This document shows, piece by piece, positions 13,444 to 26,000 of a stretch of DNA of 64,000 bases (the stretch's first letter is position 1; every line of letters starts with the position of its first letter). The DNA lies in the NCBI GenBank assembly GCA_002269645.1, contig NIVC01002706.1:62001-126000 (forward strand), in the 5' to 3' direction. Origin of the DNA: Macrostomum lignano. Its lineage: Eukaryota. Both the position numbers and the translations under genes were made by a program. The notes under the pieces were generated by a model. That model worked only from the letters and a program-made list of their open reading frames with translations. It was not told the origin of the DNA and made no database searches.

Positions 13444-14054
13444 GTGAAAGGGCTCATTAAAGACTAAGTTTTGCTATAACATCTCCTTATACTCCAAGCT
13501 GTTTTCAATGCTGTTTACTCAAAACTTTCTCAAATACGACTTTAATTGACAGCTCATACTTCCGAGCAGAAACTGCTGACAGACAAGAATCCGTAGCGCT
13601 CCTGGCTCGTGCGCTCGTAGTAGGTTGAGATTCCGCCAAAGCCAGGGGCCGCCTCAAGTCAGCAGGTGAAAGCAAATTTCATCACCTCATCAAGGAGTCT
13701 GGGGATTCCCTCATTGCCGAGAGGCATCTCATTAGCGCTCGACAGCGAATGCTTCCGTTCTGCGAGCTCAACAACTGTGGCTCTCCAAGCCTTTGTCCGA
13801 GATGACATTTTATTTCGAGTCACATCGCTCGGTTGTTGCCGAGAATTAATGGATGACCTACCCGAGCGCCTCAAGGGGTTTGGGGGTTCGAATCCAACTG
13901 ACTGGGTGGTTAGTGCGCCTGGAAACCTGGTTTGTTTATAACTAGTGTAACTGCGGTCTGTGTCTAGCTTTTTAAAAGCTTTGCACTGAATATGAGTTCA
14001 TACGAGCCAATATATTGCATTAGCATTAGAGCCAGCCGCTATCGTTATATCCGC

Positions 14055-14294
14055 AATCATCATCATCATCATCATCATCACCATAATCATCATCATCATC
14101 ATCATCATCATCATTATCATCATCATCATCATCACCATAATCACCATCACCACCACCATCATCATCATCATCATCATCATCACTATCACCACCATCATCA
14201 TCATTACCATCATCATCATCATCATCATTATCATCATCATCATTACCATCATCATCATCATCATCATCATCATTACCATCATCACCATCATCAC

Positions 14295-14333
<39 letters not shown>

Positions 14334-14366
14334 TATCATCATCATCATCATCACCATAATCACCAT

Positions 14367-14398
<32 letters not shown>

Positions 14399-14507
14399 CT
14401 ATCACCACCATCATCATCATTACCATCATTATCATCATCATCATTACCAACATCATCATTATCATCATCATCATTACCATCATCATCATTATCATCATCA
14501 TCATTAC

Positions 14508-14538
<31 letters not shown>

Positions 14539-14636
14539 TTCTTCTTCATCATCATCACCATCATCAGAGTCATCATCATCTTCATCATCATCGGCATCAT
14601 CACCATCATCATCACCATAATTGTCTTCACCATCAG

Positions 14637-14672
<36 letters not shown>

Positions 14673-14762
14673 TATCATCATCATCATGATCACCATCATG
14701 ATCACCATCATCATCACCATCATCATCATCATCATTAGCATCATCATCGGCATCATCACCAT
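14055..14762. repeat. (CAT)n microsatellite 2, with internal duplication
   Basis: CAT/CAC/TAT run; the block near 14120-14210 recurs near 14340-14425. Confidence 0.97.
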
Positions 14763-15599
14763 AGTTTCGTCGGTGTCGAAATTCTTAATCCCAGCAAGCG
14801 CAGCTCAAATCAACATCTCAATGCATCCCCAATCAGATTAACTCAAGTCCCATCTGCCAATGTATCAAATTCCTACCGACACGAAAATCCCTGATAATCG
14901 ATTCAAAATGCAATTTATCAGAAATAGAGCATCCCCTATCGCGGCTAATCCTCGCTCAGTTATTGTCTGCCTCTTCGACACCTGGAAATGGGATACTCGG
15001 CGTGAAAGGTAGAATATAGGAGGCTGGGGGGGGCGCAATGGAAACTGGAGCTCGCGAAATGCGGAGATGTGCGTGTGGGCGGGGCGGGCTGTCTTCCTTC
15101 GAATTGTAAGCTCTTGACAAGTATTTACCGCTCTGGGGGGCACATTGTAGTGCTGCAGCAGCATAAACAACCGCGCCGCTTGGGGGGGGGGGGGGTTGAA
15201 GCGAACCTAGGACCCTCCGCGTCTCTCTCTCTCGTCTCTCTGTCCTTCCGGTCAAGACACAGAGCGGCAGGAATGACAGAATAGCAGGCTGCACTTTAGC
15301 CCCTCTACTGGGCTTGAAGAGGGGAGGGAGCTTTTCGGGAGCTCGGGGTGCTGGCGTCGGGAAGCAGACGGCGGCTCTGCATTGTTTATCCCTCAGCTCA
15401 GACCCCCCAGCGTGAATTGGGCCCTTCTCTTTATGGCCTCCCACCTTTTGTAGGCCCACTACTGTCCTGCCTGTCATTCACGATGGCTGCGCTTGTCAGT
15501 TCTACGCAAATTATGTCTTGATGATTGCAGCTGCGTTGATACGGTTAATATCATTATTCTCCATGATCGTGTCGCATTTACTGTCTTCATTATAATCAG

Positions 15600-16477
15600 C
15601 GGCTTCATCATCACCGGCATCACCACCGGCATCACTATTATCATCACCAGCATCACTATTATCATCACCCGCATCACCATTATCATCACCGGCATCACTA
15701 TTATCAACACCGGCATCACCATTATCATCACCGGCATCACCATTATCATCACCCGCATCACCATTATCATCACCGGCATCACCATTATCATCACCGGCAT
15801 CACCATTATCATCACCGGCATCACCATTATCATCACCCGCATCACCATTATCATCACCCGCATCACCATTATCATCACCCGCATCACCATTATCATCACC
15901 GGCATCACCATTATCATCACCGGCATCACCATTATCATCACCGGCGTCCATTTATCGTCACCGGCATCATCATCACCGGCATCGCCATCATCACCGGCAT
16001 CACCATTATCATCACCGGCATCATCATCACCGGCATCACCATTATCATCACCGGCATCATCATCACCGGCATCATCATCATCATCACCGGCATCACCATT
16101 ATCATCACCCGCATCACCATTATCATCACCGGCATCACCATTATCATCACCCGCATCACCATTATCATCACCGGCATCACCATTATCATCACCCGCATCA
16201 CCATTATCATCACCGGCGTCCATTTATCGTCACCGGCATCATCATCACCGGCATCGCCATCATCACCGGCATCACCATTATCATCACCGGCATCATCATC
16301 ACCGGCATCACCATTATCATCACCGGCATCATCATCACCGGCATCACCATCATCATCACCGGCATCACCATTATCATCACCGGCATCACCATTATCATCA
16401 CCGGCATCATCATCACCGTCATCGTCACTGCTATCTCAATCGTCTCCATCATCATCATCACCATCATCACCATCATC

Positions 16478-16523
<46 letters not shown>

Positions 16524-16566
16524 CCCACCATCATCGTTACCATCGTCACCAGTCTCAATTATCACC
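15600..16566. repeat. CAT-derived 21-bp minisatellite grading into (CAT)n
   Basis: (atcaccattatcatcaccggc)n; ~272-bp higher-order unit marked by ggcgtccatttatcg near 15944 and 16216. Confidence 0.95.
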
Positions 16567-16958
16567 CACAGCACAATCAACAGAAGCTCATTCATCATTT
16601 TCCATTACTTTTTCCGCAAGCAGTCATCGCAGTTCAGAAAGGAATGCAAAGCTTATCGTCATTTTGCGTGTGCCGCCCTTCAAAAGCCCCAGATTCCGAT
16701 GCCGGGCCTGCTGGATCACGAGGTCCCATCTGCCCGCAGTGCAAACGTCTTTGACCACCGGAGCCCCCCCCCCCAGCTGGCGGTTGAATCCATACCCAGC
16801 CGCTGTCTGTGCGGCACCGTGAATCAGTCATGACCCGAATCCCAACAACCCGTGCCGACATTTCAGGCCTAGCTGGCTGCCAGCTTCCACTCTCTGTGTG
16901 CTCCTCTTTGACTTCAAAGACCTATTGTTTATCAGGCTTGTCTTCTGCAAACCTAGCC

Positions 16959-17061
16959 ATGCAGCCAAGTCTGCAAAATCGACGGCTTCCGCTGCCGCCG
17001 CTGCCGACGCCGTCGATGCCGCCACCGCTGCCGCCGCCGCTGCTTCTGCTGCTGGCTGTTG
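16959..17061 (+). CDS. GPI-protein gene exon 1 (signal peptide); start may be ATG 16959 or ATG 17016
   Basis: gccATG; MQPSLQNRRLPLPPLPTPSMPPPLPPPLLLLLAV+G; phase-1 donor G|gtgaga matches the phase-1 acceptor at 30180. Confidence 0.65.
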
Positions 17062-20000
17062 GTGAGAGGCTTGGCTTTGTGTTGCTTTTATCAGTGTGCG
17101 CTATGACTCATCAGTGTGCGCTATATTACTCATCAGTGGGTGCTATGACTCATCAGTGTGCACTATGACTCATCAGTGTGCGCTATGACTCATCAATGTG
17201 CGCTATTACTCATCAGTGTGCGCTATGACTCATCAGTGTGCGCTATGACTGATCAGTGTGCGCTATGAATCATCAGTGTGCGCTATATTACTCATCAGTG
17301 TGCGCTATGACTCATCAGTGTGCACTATATTACTCATCAGTGTGCGCTTTGACTCATCAGTGTGCGCTATGACTCATCAGTGTGCGCTATGACTCATCAG
17401 TGGGTGCTAGGATTCATCATTGGGCGCTATGACTCATAAGTAACCCTAACCCCCAAGGCTGCCAGAGACTTGTAGCGCTGGCTACCAAAAGATGAAAGAT
17501 GAAGGCAATCAGTGCTTGATTGGCATCGTTGACACCACTGGCACCATTACAGTGGGCTGGGTTGCGCGCTTATGATAGTGCGCGCTTATGATAGTGCGCG
17601 CTTACGATTGTGCGCGCTTATGATAGTGTGCGCTTATGATAGTGCGCGCTTATGACAGTGTGCGCTTACGATTGTGCGCGCTTTTGTGATTATGATAGTT
17701 TTGCCCCGAAATACCGGTACAACAGGTGCGCTTTTGACAACGGCGTCTCACACAAGTCTCGTTTGCAGCAAACTGATTTTAAAAATCTCTGCTTCATTTC
17801 AAAACTTCAAAGTTTTCCTAAACTTATACCATACTTCTAAATAGATTTCTAATTAGAAAGATCCTTTTCAACATAAAACTTTGTATTTGAAGCTTTAATA
17901 AGGATTGAATAATTTACGATGCTTGATAAGGAAGGGAATTCGCGCAAAAGCTAAGCTGCTTTGTTATTCAGCGTTGTTCTCCACTTTTTGCCAGTGTTTC
18001 CTGGAAAAAAGAGTTCTTGCTTTCGCCGCACCCCTCCCGACACCACTTAGTACAAGATCGGGTCCGCTCGGTCCACCATCGAATAAGCTAGTTGCCAACG
18101 CTGCAGCATGGGTGATGAGGCCATTTCAAAAGCATCCCAACCCCAGCCTCTATCAAATAGTTTTAGTAAAAACAAGTTTTTTTCAGAGTTCATGTTTTTT
18201 TCAGCGACAAAATAACCACGGAAGTAACGGAATTGTTGACTCTTGGCGGGGGAAAATGGTTATGGTGCAGGCAAAAATGAATGATGGCTCATCATATTTA
18301 GACAGCTCTGTCAGAGCTTTTTAAGCAGTCTGCAGTTGGAAATGCACAAAGTAGAATTAATGAATTCGCGTTGTAAAATACTTGATGGAATGACTGCGGG
18401 CAGCGGTTTCAGTGTGACTTTGACATAACAAAACATTTTTATTGAGTTAATAAACTAATAAATGATGAAATAGCTTCCACTAGACTTACAGCTTGGGTAT
18501 TAATGTGAAGAGGAGTGAAAGACTGGGAGAGTGAAAGACTGAGAGAGTGAAAGACTGGGAGAGTGAAAGGCTGGGAGAGTGAAAGATTGAGAGAGTGAAA
18601 GACTGGGAGAGTGAAAGACTGGGAGAGTGAAAGACTGGGAGAGTGAAAGACTGGGAGAGTGAAAGTCTGGGAGAGTGAAAGACTGAGAGAGTGAAAGGCT
18701 GGGAGAGTGAAAGACTGAGAGAGTGAAAGACTGGGAGAGTGAAAGACTGAGAGAGTGAAAGACAGGAGTTCACATACAAATGAAGTCCATAAATAGCGAA
18801 TTAGCAGAGTGTTGATAAAAGAGCTCATAAATGAAAGCCATTCTAGGCTAACAGTTTGAAACAAGCCTCGGTCGCTTGCAGATATCAGTGAATAAAGACA
18901 GGGGAGAGAATCATGCAGGGCTGTTGCAGCAGCGGCGGCGGTAAGCCGGCGAATTCCTCAACGAGGATCGATGGCTGTTTTCGGGCTTTTCAAAATACCG
19001 CATTTAGTTGGGGGGGATGCAGTTTAGCCTGTGGGCGCCAGTTCCGGGCTCTGGCAATGAAAGCTGGCAAACTCTGGGAGTTTATTGCTGTGCGCAGTCA
19101 CGGCCGGCCCAGGTGAGAGAATGAGGAGAGAGAATAAAAATACGGTTTTGCGATTTCCAACTGCCAGCAGCAGGGAGACGGCAACGGGGGCATTTAAGTC
19201 ATTCTGCTTTTTCAAAGCAAAGTTTAACGTAACAGGGATAGCATACACTGAAGAGATTTGTGCAAGAGTTTTTTCAGTGGGTACTGAAAAAATTAAAGCT
19301 ACTGCTAAAGTATTGTCAGTGGGTCAACGCTAGAGCTCTAATGGGGTCAATGGGTTCGATGTAAACTTCTTGGGGTCAGTAGGTCAAGATTAGAATTCCG
19401 AGGGTCAGTAGGTCAAGATTAGAATTCCGAGGGTCAGTGAGTCAAGATTAGAATTCCGAGGGTCAGTGAGTCAAGATTAGAATTCCGAGGGTCAGTGGGT
19501 CAAGATTAGAATTCCGAGGGTCAGTAGGTCAAGATTAGAATTCCGAGGGTCAGTGAGTCAAGATTAGAATTCCGAGGGTCAGTAGGTCAAGATTAGAATT
19601 CCGAGGGTCAGTGAGTCAAGATTAGAATTCTGAAGGTCAGTGGGTCACGATTAGGGTTCTTAGAATCAGTGGGTCAAGATCAGGGTTCTTTGGGTCACTG
19701 GGTCAGGATTTGGATTCCTTGGGTTAGTGGGTCCGGATTGGAATTCTTAGAATCATGAGCTAAGATTGGGATTCTTAGAAACAATGAGCTAATATTCATA
19801 TTCTTAGAAACAGTAAGCTAAAATTTAGGATTCTTAGAAACAGTGAGCTAAGATTAGGATTCTTAGAAACAGTGAGCTAAAATTAGGATTCTTAGAAACA
19901 GTGAGCTAAGATTAGGATTCTTAGAAACAGTGAGCTAAAATTAGGATTCTTAGAAACAGTGAGCTAAGATTAGGATTCTTAGAAACAATGAGCTAATATT

Positions 20001-23000
20001 CATATTCTTAGAAACAGTGAGCTAAGATTAGGATTCTTAGAATGTCTCCAGTTTGATTCAAATTTTTTTCTATTCCAATTAGTTTTTCAACTTGCAGCGA
20101 AGGTTTTTGCTAATCGCAGATAATTTGAAGCATCAAGTCCTACAATATCGAAGTTAAAAAATCTGATCATTAAGGAAAATATTTTTTGCATTATACAAAT
20201 TTTGAAAATAACCTGTTTCTCTAACAGCCTTTTATCCCTGGGCAGAATTTAATTAAAAATGGCTGGCACTGCTCTCAGCCTGTTGCAGCTCAGAATCAGT
20301 CCACCCTCAGGCAAGACAATTAATTCTGTTGTAAGCTGTGCAACTTCACAATGAAAACTGCAATTGTGTCGGCAGACATCACAGAATATTTGTTTAAAAT
20401 TCTGAGCGTAATTTTCTTTGAGCAGCTACTTGTAGCAGTTATGGACTCTTTTGGGTTTGAAGCGCTGTGCGAGATTAGATAAGATTATAACTCCCCAGGT
20501 GCTATCAAGGTAGGGATTAGAATTCCCCGGGCTATCTGGATTAGGATTAGAATTTTCCAGGCTATATGGATTAGGATTAGAACTCCCCGGGCTATCTGGA
20601 TTAGGATTAGAACTCCCCGGGCTATCTGGATTAGGATTAGAATTTTCCAGGCTATATGGATTAGGATTAGAACTCCCCGGGATATCTGGATTAGGATTAG
20701 AATTCCTCGGGCTATCTGGATTAGGATTAGAACTCCCCGGGATATCTGGATTAGGATTAGAATTCCTCGGGCTATCTGGATTAGGATTAGAATTTCCCAG
20801 GCTATCTGGATTAGGATTAGAATTTCCCAGGCTATCTGGATTAGGATTAGAACTCCCCGGGATATTTGGATTAGGATTAGAATTCCCCCAGACTATCTAG
20901 ATTAGGATTAGAACTCCCGGGATATTTGGATTAGGATTATAACTCCCCAGGTGCTATCAAGGTAGGGATTAGAATTCCCCGGGCTATCTGGATTAGGATT
21001 AGAATTCCCCGGGCTATCTGGATTAGGATTAGAATTTTCCAGGCTATATGGATTAGGATTAGAATTTCCCAGGCTATCTGGATTAGGATTAGAACTCCCC
21101 GGGATATCTGGATTAGGATTAGAATTCCTCGGGCTATCTGGATTAGGATTAGAATTTCCCAGGCTATCTGGATTAGGATTAGAATTTCCCAGGCTATCTG
21201 GATTAGGATTAGAACTCCCCGGGATATTTGGATTAGGATTAGAATTCCCCCAGACTATCTAGATTAGGATTAGAACTCCCGGGATATTTGGATTAGGATT
21301 ATAACTCCCCAGGTGCTATCAAGGTAGGGATTAGAATTCCCCGGACTATCTGGATTAGGATTAGAATTTCCCAGGCTATATGGATTAGGATTAGAACTCC
21401 CCGGGCTATCTGGATTAGGATTAGAATTTCCCAGGCTATCTGGATTAGGATTAGAACTCCCCGGGATATCTGGATTAGGATTAGAATTCCTCGGGCTATC
21501 TGGATTAGGATTGGAACTCCCCGGGATATTTGGATTAGGATTAGAATTCCCCGGGCTATCTGGATTAGGATTAGAATTTCCCAGGCTATCTGGATTAGGA
21601 TTAGAACTCCCCGGGATATTTGGATTAGGATTAGAATTCCCCCAGACTATCTAGATTAGGATTAGAACTCCCGGGATATTTGGATTAGGATTAGAATTCC
21701 CCGATCTATCAGGATGGGGATTAGAAAAGTTTCGACATTGAGCAGCCGGCTGAATCATCAGGCACACAATCAGTGAGCAGCCGGCTGAAACATCAGGCAC
21801 ACAATCAGTGAGCAGCCGGCTGAAACATCAGGCACACAATCAGTGAGCAGCCAACAAAGTGCTCAGCTTTCAGCACAAAAGTGTGCAGAGAGCACCAGAG
21901 GGGTGCAGAACCGTTTCCAGTGTGCTCAGAGAGGCTGAGGTCCTCTCCGCCATCCTCTTGCCTCAGGGATGAGGCAGTTCCCATGTCCTCTTTCTCTCTC
22001 TCCCCAATTTCCTTAATTTTTATCCAATTACCCTCTCTCTCTCCCCACTTACTGGCCCGAAGATCGGGAAGTTCCATGCGGGGCAGAGAGAGAGGGGGCG
22101 GAATGCGATACCCTAATTGTGCTCCCACAAGGAAACTGCGCCTTTTCCGAGAGCCTGAGTGGGATGGGGGTTCTCACACAAAAACAGGTGTGCTTGCAGA
22201 AGATTATTTATCTGCCTGCCCGCTTCTTCTCTTGTCTGTCGGGTTCTTAAATTACTGTGTGCTTGCCCTGCCAGCAGCAAACAAGCCTTACTATCTGCTG
22301 ATATGCATTTTACTGAGAACCACTTTCAAGCACTATGACCCAGAATGAAAACAGAGTGACCCACTTTTAAATTACTGTGACCCATATGTACTCAGACTTG
22401 AACTTGCAGTGCGACCCATAGTTAAAAGTTCTGTGACCCAGATTTGAAGAACTGTGACCCAGGTGACCCAGATTTGAAGCACTGTGACCCAGATGACCCA
22501 GATGACCCAGATTTGAAGCACTGTGACCCAGATGACCCAGGTGACCCAGATTTGAAGCACTGTGACCCAGATGATCCAGATGACCCAGATTTGAAGCACT
22601 GTGACCCAGATGACCCAGATGACCCAGATTTGAAGCACTGTGACCCAGATGACCCAGGTGACCCTTATTTGAAGAAATATAAATTTGACCCAGGTGACCC
22701 AGATTTGAAAGCAATGTGACCCAGGTGACCCAGATGACCCATTATTTTGAAGCACTGTTACCCAGGTTTGAAGAAATGTGACCCAGGTGACCCAGATTTG
22801 AAGCACTGTGACCTAGATGACCCAGACGACCCAGAATGGAAGCAATATTCACAGGTGACCCAGAGTTGAAGCGCTGTGATCCAGGTGACCCAGGTGACCC
22901 AGATTTGAAGCTCTGTGATATAGCTGACCCAGACGACCCAGAATGGAAGCAATATTCACAGGTGACCCAGAGTTGAAGCGCTGTGATCCAGGTGACCCAG

Positions 23001-26000
23001 GTGACCCAGATTTGAAGCTCTGTGATATAGCTGACCCAGACGACCCAGAATGGAAGCAATATTCACAGGTGACCCAGAGTTGAAGCGCTGTGACCCAGGT
23101 GACCCAGATGACCTAGATTTGAAGTAAATTGACCCAGACTTGACCTAACAGTGTGACCCAGCACTCACCTCTCAATAGGCAAGCAACCTTTTTACATCAT
23201 TGCTGGCCTGCCAGCCTGATAAACGAGCTCAGCCCCTACAGAATGCGCAAGCACTCCAGAATTTGTCACCTCCAGCCCCCTCGCCACTCCCCTCCATTTA
23301 CTCCGGCCTCTCAATCCAGTGCAGAGCTGCCCAGAATTTGCATAGTGAGATCGGCCAGGCACCGGCCAAGGCCCGGTGATTAACTTGATTAACGGCGACT
23401 CCCGGAAGCCTCGCGCCCGGCGCCTCCGTTGAGACAGCAAAAGCCATGCAGGCTTAAACAGATCCAGCCCGCCCAGCCCCAGCAGTCCGGCTTCAAGGAC
23501 TCAAGCGGCCACCTGTCACAGCTTGTTAACTGACCGGCTTGTCAAGGGCGTCGCGGGGGGGGGGGGTACATCGCAGTGAAGGAGGAGGCGGAGTAGGACT
23601 GCTCAACCGCGAGATTGATTTTCCTGAGTTTCCTTGGCCGAAACTCTCCCAGCCTGCCTTGGCTTAAAGCTAGATCGCAAATAAGAGCTAGGTTACTTTC
23701 ACCGAGTCTGTCGCTTCTCAGACTTGGCTGTCGCTAGCACTCGATCGCCCAACTCGTCACTCGCTCACTCACACCTGAGCAGTGAGTTCTACTCAGGTGT
23801 AATGGCTTCTGCAGTTGGCAGTTCCTGTTCCAGGTGAAACCGCGAATGTTTCAACTATAACTTTCTTTATTTAGGTTATTAAAGTTCACCTAATTAAAAT
23901 TATCTAGCATCTTAAACCATCTGAAGATGATCACAAGAGTGGGGTTGAGAGACTGGTTGAGACTATAGAAGAGACGCGGAAATGCAGAGGTTGAGAAATG
24001 GCGCAAAAACATACTGAGAGAGACATGGTGAGATACTGAGAGAGAGACAGGGTGAGATACTGAGAGATGCACGGTAAGATATTGAAAGAGGCTGAGATAC
24101 TGAGAGAGAGGCAATGTGAGATACCGAGAGAGACAGGGTGAGATACTGAGAGAGAGACATGGTGAGATACTAAGAGAGAGGCAGGGTGAGATACTGAGAG
24201 AGAGGCAAGGTGAGATACTAAGAGAGAGACAGGGTGAGATGCTCTGAGAGAGACAGGGTGAGGTACTGAGAGAGAGACAGGGTGAGATACTGAGAGAGAG
24301 GCAAGGTGAGATACTGAGAGAGACAGGCTGAAATACTCTGAGAGAGACAGGGTGAGATACTGAGAGAGACATGATGAGATACTAAGAGAGACAGAGTAAG
24401 GTATTGAGAGAGGCAGGGTGAGATACGGAGAGAGACAGGGTGGGATACGGAGAGAGACAGGGTGAGATATTAAGAGAGGTAGAGGGCGAGACACTGAAAG
24501 AGACACAGTGAGATACTGAAGGAGAGAGCAAGAAAAAGCGAGAGAATAGCATTGAACAGAAAGAGCCGATATCTGCAGAGACGAGAGAAAGACAAATGTT
24601 TGAGCTGAAGCCTCTGGCATTTAAAACCAAGCATTTGAGGTTAATAACATACCCGCCCCAATAGTCCCTGCCGAAAGCGAAGTTGTGTCAAACCTCCGCC
24701 AGCCTTGTGCGTGCGCGCTGATAGGAATTTTCCAGGAAACCGTCAGCCGGATTTCATCAGAGCTCTCGAACACCCGACAAGAACACAACAAGCGCATAGT
24801 TGCTGCAAAGTTCCAAGACGCTCGAAACGTTTTCGATTTCGATTTTCGAGGGGACATGAACGGAAATCAAAGAACTAATCCCAACCCCGGCTGAACTTCT
24901 GCCTGCTACACAAAAGGAATTGCAAGCTGATCAATGCGGTCCGTGGTCACGATGGAGCTGCGACAGAAATGAGACAGAGAGCATCAGAGACGAGATCTGC
25001 CGCCTTGTCCTCAAGCTGTGAGCGATGGACTGTGAAATTCTATTGGACATGTTTCCGACTGGCGTGCGCCAGCTTTGTATTGAGAATCGGATTTGAAAGT
25101 GCTCTGGCCATCTAGTATCCCAGTCCTTCTTCTTCTTGAATTCTCCCTCCGCCCCAGTCAGCTGTCTCAGGTCGTCGTCGAGCCGGAGAAAGCTGAGACG
25201 CAAGCCCAGAATAGGAGCAAGAGGAAGAAAAACGGTGGTGGCAGCTAAGTGCTAATGAGGGCCGCTGATCTGCTTTCAGTCGTCAGTGTTTCACCCCATC
25301 CCGATCCCCCCCAACTGCTTTTTATCGCCACCCGGGAGGCTGGGAGCTCCATCACTCCGAGCCCGCCAGGCTGGGATCGGATTTCGGAGGAGGAAGGCCG
25401 CGGTACTTTTCTATAGGAGCCAGCAGAAGAAGAAATGCAGCAAGAAACACCTCCCCCCATCTCCCTGGCTTTTTAAAGGCGGAGAGTGGCTTTCAGAATT
25501 GGAGAGCGGCGCTGCACGCGTCGCGTCATACAAAAGGCCCTCAGTGCATCTCTCTTAGCGCTCCTCTTTAACTTTTCACAGTATCATTCCTTTGCTCCGG
25601 CTTTGACTTTGCCTGACTTGGGCCTGGTCGCTTTTAAAAGCAGCGCCTCCTTCTCGTTCCATCTTATCTTGCACGCTCGCTTTTCTCTGTGTTTTTCCCG
25701 TCGCGCTGTGCCCTTATCTCTGCAGTGGGATTTTATCCCTTGTTGAGCAGGCGGGATGGCTGGCAGTTTCGGTTTAGAAGCTTCTGCAGTGGAAAGCAGA
25801 TTTTTTCATTCTATTTCGCAACTGTTTCAGCCCCGGCCTGTCTGTCTGCTTCAACTGTTCGGATTTCTGTTCAAAAAGTTAAATCGATTCTTTTCCGCTC
25901 TGGCCATAAAAACAAAATGAGCCCGAGGAGGAGTAGTGGGGCCCAAGGAGGGGGGAGGGGGGTTGCCCAGACTTCAGCCGGCCCTGGTCAATTAAACTTC

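Noticed and set aside
13555-13874. Minus-strand ORF with TGA after Cys and about 34 further open codons (possible selenocysteine)
   Set aside because: It matches no selenoprotein motif I know, I found no SECIS, and an open run of this length is common by chance.
13885-13895. B-box-like GGTTCGAATCC
   Set aside because: No convincing A box or cloverleaf upstream.
17441-17453. taaccctaaccc, plus scattered TTAGGG and TTAGGA hexamers
   Set aside because: Only about two units; not an interstitial telomeric array.
18913-18946. ATG...G|gtaagc as an alternative phase-1 first exon (MQGCCSSGG)
   Set aside because: It is phase-compatible with exon 2 but gives no hydrophobic signal core; the 16959-17061 exon fits far better.
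21742-21852. 35-bp repeats (and the 69-bp array at 29.5 kb) as possible CRISPR
   Set aside because: They are head-to-tail with no unique spacers, there are no cas genes, and the context is eukaryotic.
24860-25020. Open stretch with CGPWSRWSC (TSP1-like WSxW) and a gtgagc donor
   Set aside because: It has an upstream in-frame stop, no clear acceptor and no further TSP1 residues.
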